In this document: in pieces, positions 41,840-51,540 of the stretch | Layout: each line of letters starts with the position of its first letter | How positions within the stretch are numbered: position 1 is the first letter of the stretch | Assembly (NCBI GenBank): GCA_003566885.1 | Contig: PXBO01000048.1 | Span: 17,622-81,621, forward strand | DNA from: Opitutia bacterium | Lineage (GTDB): Bacteria; Verrucomicrobiota; Verrucomicrobiia; Opitutales; T3Sed10-336 | DNA length: 64,000 nt | Direction of reading: 5' to 3' | Made by a program: the position numbers and the translations under genes | Notes under the pieces: generated by a model | The model's input: the letters and a program-made list of their open reading frames with translations, nothing else | Database searches by the model: none | What the model was told of the DNA's origin: nothing

Positions 41840-43774
41840 CTAGTAAGATTCACGTATCCATACGATCATTTCACCGGGTTTCCGGTTGCACCATGCGAAA
41901 TACGGAACGGCTTTGATCTCCACGGGCTTTCGTTTTGGCGCCTCGGTCGTGTACAGATTCCCGCCCGGCACGCCGACCCTTTCGGCCGATCCGGCAAGCA
42001 CCGTGACTCCCCCAAGCAGGTCAGGTTCGAACGTCGCCGAAAACCCGCCTTCCTCCGCCACGCAGATCTCCGACAGGTTGGCCCCGTTATCGGCCTCTTC
42101 GAGACAGTACACCAACGGCCCGCGCTGTAGGGCCACCCGTCCGGCGTTTTCCCTTAACGCCGGGTGCGCGCGAACAAATTCGACTTTCATCGGGAGCACC
42201 AGCTCGACCGAATCCCCATCCTGCCAGGTTCGCGTCAGCTTCGCGTAGCCCTTCTGCGTGATCCCTTCGAGCCCGATCCCGTCGTCCTTCACCGACACGC
42301 CGGGTTCGCGGCACCACTCGGGCAGCCGCAGGCAGAGCGTGAACTCCGCGGCGCCATTCTCGGGATGCACGCTAATCCGGACGCTTTCATCCCACGGGTA
42401 ATCCGTTTCCTGCACGAGGCGGACGGTTTGTCCCCCGATATCGACAACGGCCTCGCTTCCCGCGAAAAGGTGAACGTGAACCTCCTTTTTATCTTCATTC
42501 ACCGAATACATGTACCGCCCGAAAGATTGCAGGAATCGCGCGATGTTGGGCGGGCAGCAGGCGCACCCGAACCACCCCTGGCGGGTCGTCGTAACGCTTT
42601 TCAGATCATCGCGGTGCTCCGCCGCCGCCGGCCAGACCTCCAGCGGATTCACATAAAAGTACTTCGTGCCGTCGAGTGAAATGCCGGAGAGGATGCCGTT
42701 GTAGATCGCCCGCTCCATCACATCGGCATACTGGCTCTCGCCGTCGATCTGCAGCATCCGGGCCGCCCAGAAAACCAGCCCGATCGCCGCGCACGTTTCG
42801 GCATACGCGCGATCGTTCGGAAGGTCGTAATCGATCGTGAAGGATTCCAGGTGGTGGGACGAACCGATGCCCCCGGTCACGTACATCCGCTTCTGTATCG
42901 CGTTCTCCCAAAGCCGCCGGCACGCATCGAGCAGCTCCGCGTCGCCGGTCTCCGCCGCGAGGTCCGCCGCGCCGCTGTAAAGATAGACGGCGCGTACGGC
43001 ATGACCGCGAATATCGGTTTGCTCCCGGACGGGCGCGTGCGCCTGGAAATAGTCCATCGACACCGGGCGGGAATCGCCCCGCTCCTTCGCTTCGTGCTCG
43101 AAGAAATTCGGCTGCCGCCCGCGCTCGTCGATAAAATACCGGCACAGTTCCAGGTGTTTCCGGTCATTGGTGACGGCGTAAAGGCGCATCAGCGCGAGTT
43201 CGATTTCCGGGTGTCCGGGATAGCCGCGTTTTTGCCCGGCGCCGGTACCGAGGACGGTTGAGATGTGATCCAATAGCCGGCAAACCACGTCGAGAAGGAC
43301 GCGTTTCCCGGTCGCCTCGTAATACGCCACCGCCGCCTCGATCAGGTGCCCGGCACAGTACAATTCATGATCGTCCCGGAGATTCGTCCAGCGTTGTCCC
43401 GGCTTTGCCACCGTAAAGTAGGTATTGAGGTACCCGTCGTCTCCCTGTGCCCGGCGCACCAGGTCGATGACTTCGTCGGCCATCGTTTCCAGTTTCTCGT
43501 CGCGCTCCAGCGCGAGCGCATAGCCAACTGCCTCGAGCCATTTGGCGAGGTCGCTGTCCTGAAAAACCATTCCATGGTACTCCCCCTCCGACTCACCCGC
43601 GGCGATCCGGAGATTCTCGATCGTGTGGCTCGGATCGACCCCGGGAACCCGGTCGTTGAGTGCCTCCCATTGGTAGGGAATCACCGAGTTTCGAACGATC
43701 GACTGACGCTCGCTCCAGAAGCGATCAGACAGTTTCACGGCCCGCAAAGGTATAGGCGACATCTTTTTGTTCAT
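41840..43774 (-). CDS. GH127 beta-L-arabinofuranosidase-family protein (DUF1680)
   Basis: 644 aa. The N-terminus (LRAVKLSDRFWSERQSIVRNSVIPYQWEALND) and the Cys-rich zinc/catalytic block GWFGCACCPPNIARF are typical of HypBA1-type GH127 enzymes. It lies 20 nt downstream of the SSS gene. Confidence 0.9.
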   Translation of the reverse strand: MNKKMSPIPLRAVKLSDRFWSERQSIVRNSVIPYQWEALNDRVPGVDPSHTIENLRIAAGESEGEYHGMVFQDSDLAKWLEAVGYALALERDEKLETMADEVIDLVRRAQGDDGYLNTYFTVAKPGQRWTNLRDDHELYCAGHLIEAAVAYYEATGKRVLLDVVCRLLDHISTVLGTGAGQKRGYPGHPEIELALMRLYAVTNDRKHLELCRYFIDERGRQPNFFEHEAKERGDSRPVSMDYFQAHAPVREQTDIRGHAVRAVYLYSGAADLAAETGDAELLDACRRLWENAIQKRMYVTGGIGSSHHLESFTIDYDLPNDRAYAETCAAIGLVFWAARMLQIDGESQYADVMERAIYNGILSGISLDGTKYFYVNPLEVWPAAAEHRDDLKSVTTTRQGWFGCACCPPNIARFLQSFGRYMYSVNEDKKEVHVHLFAGSEAVVDIGGQTVRLVQETDYPWDESVRISVHPENGAAEFTLCLRLPEWCREPGVSVKDDGIGLEGITQKGYAKLTRTWQDGDSVELVLPMKVEFVRAHPALRENAGRVALQRGPLVYCLEEADNGANLSEICVAEEGGFSATFEPDLLGGVTVLAGSAERVGVPGGNLYTTEAPKRKPVEIKAVPYFAWCNRKPGEMIVWIRESY

Positions 43775-43794
43775 GTCACTTGTCGGTCAATAAC

Positions 43795-45768
43795 TCACCA
43801 GAAAATGAAGTAGAGAATGACGGTAAGGATCACTACCCCAAAGCCGCACACCAGCGCCCCTTTCGAAGGCGTCACGTCCATGGCTTCGTTCACCGGCAGG
43901 ACGACCGGTTTGCGCAACGGATAGAAGATCGTCAGCACGGTGCAGAAAAGCACCAGGATGATGAAGCACAGGCCCATGCGGTCGAGAAACGACATGGTGT
44001 CCGAGAACCAGTAACCCTTGGCCACCATCCAGTCTCCCAGGAACCATTTGAACGACCCGTAAAGGATCACGTTGAGCACAATGCCCATCCAGCCCAGGAA
44101 CCGCGGCGCCTTATGCACCAGCAGTCCGAAGAAGAACACGGTCAGAATCCCCGGACTGATGAACCCCTGAAATTCCTGGATGAAAGTGAAGATGCCTCCA
44201 AAGTGCGGGCTGGCGAGCATCGGCGCGATGATGGCGGCGATGATCACAAAAATCACCACGAACGTCCGACCCGCCATTACCAGCGCCGGTTGGCTGGCCT
44301 CTTTGAAGAGGCGATTGAAAATATCCATGGTGGCGATGGTCGACGCCGAGTTGAGCATCGCCGCCAGCGAGCTGACGACCGCGCCGAAGATCGCGGCCAG
44401 CACAAACCAGGACAACCACGGCTTGTCCTTGACCAGCATTCGCAGAAGCACCGCGAAGGTGAAATCGTAATCGTAGCCCGTCAGTTGGGAACTGCGCAGC
44501 GTGCGGTCCGCGGCACGAGCTTCGGCGGCGCCGGCCGCCACCAGAGCCCAAAGCTCGGACGGATCGGCCTCCCCGACGATTTCCGGGGGGCTCTGTTCCG
44601 CCAGAGAAAAATTATGTTCGATCACCCGGCGGGTCGTCTCGGGCTGGAGTTCGGCGAAATGGTAAGTGACTGTGATCACCCGTCGCTCGCCCGCCTCCAT
44701 TTGAGCGATATGCACCGCATTACGACCTTGGGCGGCCTCGTGGAGTTGGTCGGAAAACAGGTTGAAGGCAAGGATGCCGGGTATCACCACCGCGAACGGA
44801 ATCAACAGCTTGAGGAACGCCGCCAGGACAATACCCTTTTGTCCCTCGGCCACCGATTTTGCCGCCAGCGAGCGCTGCATGATGTACTGGTTGAGCCCCC
44901 AGTAGAAAAAGTTCGGAATCCACAATCCCAGCAACAGGACGGTCCAGGGAATCTCCGGATCATCCATCGGCCGCACCATGTTCAACTTGCCGCCGGAAGT
45001 GTTGGGGCCGGTGCGCGGCTCCCCGTCGTTGAGCAAGATGAATCTCTCCCAGGCCCCGGCGGCCTCGATTTGTTCCACCGTCGCTGTCGAGGTGTCCACC
45101 TGGGTGCGGATCAGTTCTTCGGCGGGCGCCTGACCGAGGAGATTGAAGGCCAGGAACATGACAATGAAGCCGCTGACGATAAGCGATGATCCCCAGACCA
45201 GGTCGGTCCAGGCGCAGGCTTTGAGGCCTCCGATGAAGACGTAAACCGACGCCGTGATGGCGATCAACCAGCAGGCGACCCCGAGGCTGCCGAGAAAGGG
45301 CACGTCCGGATAATAGCCGGAAACCACCGTGGCCCCGGAATAAATCACCGCCGCGGTGGGCACCCCCACCAGAATCGCCAGGGTCGCCACCGCCATTACG
45401 AACCGTGAGAACGGGCCGTAACGGTATTCGAGGAACTCCGGTATCGTGTAAATCCCCGCCTTGAGGAACTTGGGCAGAAACACAAACGCCACCACCACCA
45501 GCGTGATGGCCGCCATCCACTCGTAGGAAGCGATGGCCATACCCAGCCAGTCGGAAGCTTTACCGGACATGCCGACGAACTGCTCGGTGGATATGTTCGC
45601 CGCAATCAGCGAAAACCCCACCAGCCAAAAAGTCAGCCCTCGCCCCGCGAGGAAATACCCCGAGGCATTGGGGGAATCGCCTCCGACCCCGCGCTTGCTT
45701 TGCCAAATACCGAGACCGACAACCGATATAATTGCGGCCAGAAAGAGAGTGATCTCCAGTGCGTGCAT
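43795..45768 (-). CDS. Sodium:solute symporter (SSS family), long form with hydrophilic insertions
   Basis: The ATG at 45768 gives MHALEITLFLAAIISVV. SGYFLAGRGLTFWLVGFSLIAANISTEQFVGMSG and YWGLNQYIMQR blocks are present. The protein is about 657 aa. Confidence 0.85.
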   Translation of the reverse strand: MHALEITLFLAAIISVVGLGIWQSKRGVGGDSPNASGYFLAGRGLTFWLVGFSLIAANISTEQFVGMSGKASDWLGMAIASYEWMAAITLVVVAFVFLPKFLKAGIYTIPEFLEYRYGPFSRFVMAVATLAILVGVPTAAVIYSGATVVSGYYPDVPFLGSLGVACWLIAITASVYVFIGGLKACAWTDLVWGSSLIVSGFIVMFLAFNLLGQAPAEELIRTQVDTSTATVEQIEAAGAWERFILLNDGEPRTGPNTSGGKLNMVRPMDDPEIPWTVLLLGLWIPNFFYWGLNQYIMQRSLAAKSVAEGQKGIVLAAFLKLLIPFAVVIPGILAFNLFSDQLHEAAQGRNAVHIAQMEAGERRVITVTYHFAELQPETTRRVIEHNFSLAEQSPPEIVGEADPSELWALVAAGAAEARAADRTLRSSQLTGYDYDFTFAVLLRMLVKDKPWLSWFVLAAIFGAVVSSLAAMLNSASTIATMDIFNRLFKEASQPALVMAGRTFVVIFVIIAAIIAPMLASPHFGGIFTFIQEFQGFISPGILTVFFFGLLVHKAPRFLGWMGIVLNVILYGSFKWFLGDWMVAKGYWFSDTMSFLDRMGLCFIILVLFCTVLTIFYPLRKPVVLPVNEAMDVTPSKGALVCGFGVVILTVILYFIFW

Positions 45769-46125
45769 AAGGTGTTGGCTCGATAAGATTCGGAAAATAT
45801 ATACCTTTGGCAATGTATTTCAGCCAGGAAATAGCAAACTTGCTCGCAGCCATTAGAACCGGATGCAAAACCACTCACTTCACCGGCGCCGCAACCGGTT
45901 TCCGGATTGGGTTCAGTTGAATTGGCGACGGCTCGAATACCGACCGGGTTCCAGCGATTCCGGACGGGCGAGCCGGAACCGTGAGTCGTCCGCAACCGGT
46001 CGTCCGCTTGACAATTCAGGCTCGAAAGGGAATACCTTTAAAATAATTCACCAGTGTTAACGCCTGACGGCACCCTGTTCTATACCTCCCGTCTCCAATG
46101 GATCACCGGAGGATGCGTTTTATCC

Positions 46126-49100
46126 ATGCCAACACGTAAACTCGCTTGCCTCGCGGCAGTTCTGTTCTCCACCTCATTCGCCTCAGGCAGCGGCGTTCCC
46201 ATCACGATCGAGGATCCCTCCTTTGAGGACGCCTCATTCGGGTCGAACCCGTGGACGAATACCATCACCCCGTGGGAGGAAACGGACGGTCCGGGCAGCA
46301 CAGGGGCTTTCAAGGAGCGAATCAGCGGGTTTTCTGCCGACGGATTGAACCACCTCGGCCTGGTCAACGGGCACCTGGTTTGGCAGGACTTGGAGGCCGC
46401 CTACCACCCCGGAACCCGGTACACGCTGACCGTTGCTGTGGGGCATCGACCGGGATTCAACAGTTCGGACGGCGAGGCATTGTTTCGTCTGGCGACACCC
46501 GGAGGCTCCATTCTGGCGGAAGGTTCCTTCAATGCGTCGACCATCGATGACAACGAGTTTATCGACCAGAGCATCACCTTCGAAACGCCTTCCGCGCCCG
46601 AGGTTCACGGAGAAACCATCCGCATCGTTCTGACCGGCGCCGGCCCGCAGCGAAGTCATTTCGACCACATCCGCCTGCAGGCGCAAGCGCTCCTGCCGCC
46701 CGAGATCCCCGAACTGGGACCTCTGTCCGCGGAAGCGTTTTCGTCCTCGGCGATCGCCGTCATGGGTGAAGTGGTGTTCGATGGTCATGAGACTCCGGAA
46801 GTCGTCGTGGTTTACGGGCAATCCGACGGAGGCACGGAGCGGTCCGCGTGGGAATCCGAGCACAGCCTCGGGCCGCGTTCGGGCGTTTTCAGCGCTTTCA
46901 TCGAAGGACTCCAGGCGGAAACCCCCTATTACTATCGCGCCTGGGCGGAGAATTCCGCCGGCATCGCCTGGGCGCCGGAAAGCGGCACTATCACCACCGC
47001 GGCTCCGCAACCAGCCCGGGCGGTGATCAACGAGTTCCATTACAAACCGTACGACAAGAACGTCCTGGAGGAATTCATAGAGCTGTACAACCCCGGCGAC
47101 GAAGACCTGGACCTCTCCGGCTGGCAAATCGACGAAGCCATTCGGTACACCTTTCCTCCGGATAGCATTCTGCCCGCGGGCGGGTACGTGGTCGTGGGCG
47201 AAGACCCGCCGACCCTCCTGGACGTCTACGGGGTGGAAGCATTCGGCCCCTGGAGCGGCTCCCTTTCGTCGGATGGAGAATCGATCCAACTCCTCGACGC
47301 CGACGGCGTCATTCACAACCGGGTCGACTACGGTGCCGGCTTCCCCTGGCCCACCCTGGCCGACGGTGAGGGGTCGTCGGTCGAACTCCTGCATCCGGAC
47401 CTGGACAACAGCCATCCGGCCTCCTGGCGCGCCTCCGGCTTTCCGGTTTCCGGCGGCGGCGCCATCGGACCGCCGACGCCCGGTTCGGTGAACTCGGTGC
47501 ACCTCTCCTTCGGTTCGGCGCCGCCCGCCATCGATCGAGTCGCGCACAACCCTGTGGCGCCGCGTTCGGACCAAACGGTCCTCATATCGGCCCGCATTCT
47601 TTCCCACACGCCAATTGAAGCGGTAACGCTTACCTACCAGCTGGTCGACCCGGGATCCTATATCCGGATCACCGATACCGGGTACGAGACCGATTGGACG
47701 GAGCTTCCCATGCACGCCGACGAAACGGCCGGTCCGGGAATTTACGTGGCGGAACTTCCTTCCGAGTTGCAGGAGCACCGGCGGCTGGTGCGCTATCGCA
47801 TCACGGCCGAAGATGCCGCCGGAAACCGGCAGACCGTGCCCTACCCCGACGACGAGCAACCGAACTTCGCCTACTACGTTTACGACGCCATTCCCGACTG
47901 GCAGGGAGCCTTTGAACCGGGCAACACCCCCCTGCTCACCTACCCAGAGGATTTCCTGGAAACGCTGCCGGTGTACACCCTGATCGCGGACGATCAGGAT
48001 GTCGTCAACTCCCAGTACAACGGTTCCTACGACAGTCACCGCTTCCGCGGCACTTTCGTTTACGACGGCGTGGTCTACGATCACATCGAGTTTCGCAACC
48101 GCGGCCAGGCATCGACCTACGTCGCCGGAAAAAACAAGTGGCGTATTCATTTCAACACTTCGCGCCGCGGTGTTTTCAGGAAAATCGACGGCGACCCCTA
48201 CCAGGAGGATTGGGGCATTCTCACCATCAACGCCGCGGCCAGCCCCTGGGCCGCCCTCAATCGAGGCATCGCGGGAGTCGATGAAATGCTCCCCTACGAA
48301 CTCTACCGGCTGTCCGGGGTGCTGTCCCCCCATACCCATTACTTCCATTTCCGGGTGGTGCGAAACGCCGAAGAGGCGCCGACGCCCGGGGCCGACCACA
48401 GCGACCGCCTGGGCACCGCCGACGGACAGTACCTCAGTGATTTCTGGGGCCTTTATTACGCAATCGAACCGATTCGGGGTCCCTTCATTCGTGAACGCGA
48501 TCTTCCAAAAGGCAGCATTTACCAAATCGAGGGGGGCGGAACCGACAAAGAATACCAGGGAGTCGGGCAACCCTCGGATTTGTCGGATTGGCACGCGTTG
48601 CGCAACACGGTCACCTCGTCGCCTGCCCGCGAATGGTGGGAAACCCATTTCGACCTGGAATCCTTTTACACCTTTCACGCCCTCAATCGCCTCCTGGGCA
48701 ACGTCGATCTCCGGGCGGAACACAACTACCACCTCTACCACCGGCCGGACGGCCGATGGTTCGTGATTCCCTGGGACCTGGATATGATGTTTATCGCCAA
48801 AAGCCACTGGACCGCGTCCATTGGAGGCACCAGCTATCCCGGCGTCACTATGTTTCACCGTCTCCTTCTCGACCACCCCGAGTTTGTGCTGCAATACCGC
48901 AACCGGGCACGGGAGATTCTCGACCTGGTGGCGGAGGATGGCAGTCGCGACGGCGGGCAGATCGGAACCTTGATCTCTTATTTCGCGGACATCGTCGCTC
49001 CCGGGGGCACGGACATCAACTGGGCCAACGCCGACGCCGCACAATGGAATCTTCATCCCCGAACCCGCGGCACGCTGGGCAATGCCAGCGGACAGACCAA

Positions 49101-51522
49101 TCACCTCGGGAATTTTTTCCGGTCCCCGTTCACCGATAATCGATTCGACGGAAACTGGATCCGCTGGCTGCGGTCCCCGAATTTCGAAGGCCACGGGAAC
49201 CATGCCGATTTCATGGATTACATTCGCGATTACGTCACCGACACCTGGCCCGGGGGCGCCTGGACCATCAGCAACGGCGACCAGCGCGGCTACGGCTACC
49301 AATACCTCGCGTCGGAAGCCGCCGATCCGGCCATCCCCGATCGCCCGGTGATCACCTACACCGGCGGAACCGATTTTCCGGCCAACGATCTCCACTTTTC
49401 CGTTTCAGCGTTTGCCGACCCCCAGGGAGCCGAAGCCTATGCCGGAACCGCCTGGCGCATCGCACAGGTCGGACGATCGGATCCCACCGAACCACCGGCC
49501 TATGAAATCCAGGCCGTCTGGGAGTCGGGAACGCTGACCGCCAACACTCCGATGGCCCTCCCCCTGGACACGGTTCGCCCCGGGCGGACCTACCGGGCGC
49601 GGGTCCGCCACCTGAACGACACGGGACGTTGGAGTCACTGGTCAGAGCCGGTCGAATTCACGGCCGGCGCACCACTGCCGGAAACGCTCATTCATTACTG
49701 GAATTTCAACGACACCGTCGATCTGCTCGAACCGACCCACACGCTCACCGGCGGCTCCCTAAACGCCTTGCCGGGGGCGGTCACGGAGTTCACCCATGCC
49801 ACAGGACAGGATTTCAGCGCCGAAAACGCCCGGTTCGGCGATCCCGCCGGAAGCCATTTCCGGGTCAACGATCCGCTGGGAGCGGTATTGACCTTTCAAC
49901 TGCCCACGGACGGTTTCGAAAACCCGGTGCTGCGATTCGAGACCCGCCGCTCCGGTCAGGGCGCCGGAACCCAGGTGCTGACCTACACGCTCGACGGAGC
50001 GCAATTCCAGGAGCTTACGCGGTACCCGGTATTTAACGATCCGCCGGTGCGGAAAACCTTCGACTTTTCGTCCGTGGCGGGAGCCGCGGACAATCCCGAT
50101 TTCGCCATACGCATCACCTTCCTGCGAGACGAGGGGGGGACCTCCGGCAACAATCGCTTCGACAACGTGACGCTGGACGGCCTGCCGCTTGAGGGAACTT
50201 TGCCGCCTCCGATCGTCAACGGACCGGTTCCCACCGTCTTTCTGATCTCCGGTGGAGAAGCCGCGGAAATCGACCTGGAAACCGTGTTCACGGTTCACGC
50301 CAACGAACCGCCAACCTACACGCTGGAAAACGCTTATCCGCAAGCCGCCGATGCGACCATCGAGGGAGCCAAGCTGCCCCTTGCCGGCCTGGCCGCCGGA
50401 GAGGCGGCCGTTACCGTATCCGTCGACGACGCGCACAACCCGCCGGTCGCGACCGTGATCCGCGTTCTCATTTATCCCCCGGCCCATCCGTTGTCCCAAT
50501 CGACTTTTCGTTTCCATTCCTGGAACCCGGAAACCCCGGAACGCGTTTACCCGGGGAACATGATCTTCCTGCAGAGCGAAATCAACGATCCCGGCCCGCA
50601 CACCCCGCTGGACCGGGCCTATTACATCCCGGAGGATGACTACGCGAGCGGGGATACGATCAACTTTCCCTACAACAACCAATCCCGCACCCGCATCAAC
50701 GGGCTGGGCGAGGACGGTATGTCGTTCATCAATACAGGTCGCGGACGCGATGTCGGCGCCGCCCTGGCGGCGGTCGACACCCGAAACATCAACGGCGCCC
50801 GGCTGGGATTCATCGCCGGAACGGTCACCCCCAACAGCCGGGTTTACGCCCTGACGCTCCAGTACCGGGCGGGCGCGGAGGGGCCCTTCGAGGATTTCCT
50901 GACGCAAGCGGGACAGCCCGTGACCTATCTGCGTTCAGAGACCGCCGGGGACACCGTTACCTTCGGGCCGATCGATCTGCCGGCGCATCTATTGGGCCAC
51001 GAGCACCTTCAGTTGTCCTGGCGTTATCATCACGTCGACGGCGACAACGGCCCCCGGGCGGAACTGCGACTGGACGACATTGTCATTGCGGCCGAACCGG
51101 GACCGGAAGACGGGTTCGAAGCCTGGCGCCGGAACACATTTCCCGACTGGAGCGATTTCGCCAACGACCGTATTTCGGGTCCGCGGACCACGGCGCGTGG
51201 AGATGGAGTGTCACACCTTTTCCGCTACGCCTTAGGGCTCGAACTGGAGGAAAGCGCCATGGGCCGCCTGCCGTATGTCGATCACTCCTCCTCCGGCGCC
51301 CGCCGTTTCCTGTTTCCGTTCGATCCCGAAAAACCCGACCTCGCCTGGCGGGTGCAAAGGTCGACCGATCTGATCGACTGGTCGGAGACCTTTTTCGATT
51401 CGAGTACCGATCCCGTTCCTGATTTCGAGAACGGCTGGGCCGTGATCGCCCTGCCGGAAAACGATGACGGAAACGGCGAATCGCTGCGGCAATTCCTGCG
51501 GCTGAGCCTTCGACTTCGGTGA
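46126..51522 (+). CDS. Giant secreted multidomain protein with lamin-tail domain (LTD), CotH kinase-like domain and FN3-like modules
   Basis: The ATG at 46126 gives the signal peptide MPTRKLACLAAVLFSTSFASG. The LTD block is INEFHYKPYDKNVLEEFIELYNPGDEDLDLSGWQI. The CotH blocks are GKNKWRIHFN and HNYHLYHRPDGRWFVIPWDLDMMF. Confidence 0.85.
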   Translation: MPTRKLACLAAVLFSTSFASGSGVPITIEDPSFEDASFGSNPWTNTITPWEETDGPGSTGAFKERISGFSADGLNHLGLVNGHLVWQDLEAAYHPGTRYTLTVAVGHRPGFNSSDGEALFRLATPGGSILAEGSFNASTIDDNEFIDQSITFETPSAPEVHGETIRIVLTGAGPQRSHFDHIRLQAQALLPPEIPELGPLSAEAFSSSAIAVMGEVVFDGHETPEVVVVYGQSDGGTERSAWESEHSLGPRSGVFSAFIEGLQAETPYYYRAWAENSAGIAWAPESGTITTAAPQPARAVINEFHYKPYDKNVLEEFIELYNPGDEDLDLSGWQIDEAIRYTFPPDSILPAGGYVVVGEDPPTLLDVYGVEAFGPWSGSLSSDGESIQLLDADGVIHNRVDYGAGFPWPTLADGEGSSVELLHPDLDNSHPASWRASGFPVSGGGAIGPPTPGSVNSVHLSFGSAPPAIDRVAHNPVAPRSDQTVLISARILSHTPIEAVTLTYQLVDPGSYIRITDTGYETDWTELPMHADETAGPGIYVAELPSELQEHRRLVRYRITAEDAAGNRQTVPYPDDEQPNFAYYVYDAIPDWQGAFEPGNTPLLTYPEDFLETLPVYTLIADDQDVVNSQYNGSYDSHRFRGTFVYDGVVYDHIEFRNRGQASTYVAGKNKWRIHFNTSRRGVFRKIDGDPYQEDWGILTINAAASPWAALNRGIAGVDEMLPYELYRLSGVLSPHTHYFHFRVVRNAEEAPTPGADHSDRLGTADGQYLSDFWGLYYAIEPIRGPFIRERDLPKGSIYQIEGGGTDKEYQGVGQPSDLSDWHALRNTVTSSPAREWWETHFDLESFYTFHALNRLLGNVDLRAEHNYHLYHRPDGRWFVIPWDLDMMFIAKSHWTASIGGTSYPGVTMFHRLLLDHPEFVLQYRNRAREILDLVAEDGSRDGGQIGTLISYFADIVAPGGTDINWANADAAQWNLHPRTRGTLGNASGQTNHLGNFFRSPFTDNRFDGNWIRWLRSPNFEGHGNHADFMDYIRDYVTDTWPGGAWTISNGDQRGYGYQYLASEAADPAIPDRPVITYTGGTDFPANDLHFSVSAFADPQGAEAYAGTAWRIAQVGRSDPTEPPAYEIQAVWESGTLTANTPMALPLDTVRPGRTYRARVRHLNDTGRWSHWSEPVEFTAGAPLPETLIHYWNFNDTVDLLEPTHTLTGGSLNALPGAVTEFTHATGQDFSAENARFGDPAGSHFRVNDPLGAVLTFQLPTDGFENPVLRFETRRSGQGAGTQVLTYTLDGAQFQELTRYPVFNDPPVRKTFDFSSVAGAADNPDFAIRITFLRDEGGTSGNNRFDNVTLDGLPLEGTLPPPIVNGPVPTVFLISGGEAAEIDLETVFTVHANEPPTYTLENAYPQAADATIEGAKLPLAGLAAGEAAVTVSVDDAHNPPVATVIRVLIYPPAHPLSQSTFRFHSWNPETPERVYPGNMIFLQSEINDPGPHTPLDRAYYIPEDDYASGDTINFPYNNQSRTRINGLGEDGMSFINTGRGRDVGAALAAVDTRNINGARLGFIAGTVTPNSRVYALTLQYRAGAEGPFEDFLTQAGQPVTYLRSETAGDTVTFGPIDLPAHLLGHEHLQLSWRYHHVDGDNGPRAELRLDDIVIAAEPGPEDGFEAWRRNTFPDWSDFANDRISGPRTTARGDGVSHLFRYALGLELEESAMGRLPYVDHSSSGARRFLFPFDPEKPDLAWRVQRSTDLIDWSETFFDSSTDPVPDFENGWAVIALPENDDGNGESLRQFLRLSLRLR

Positions 51523-51540
51523 AGACGGAGAAACCGGCAA

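Noticed and set aside
43780-45189. 469-aa plus-strand ORF
   Set aside because: It is antisense to the long SSS symporter, and its product is charged, low-complexity and His/Arg/Asp-rich.
46234-49395. 1053-aa ORF antisense to the LTD-CotH gene
   Set aside because: Same reasoning. The sense frame carries LTD and CotH signatures, while the antisense product is low-complexity and Gly/Arg/Val-rich.
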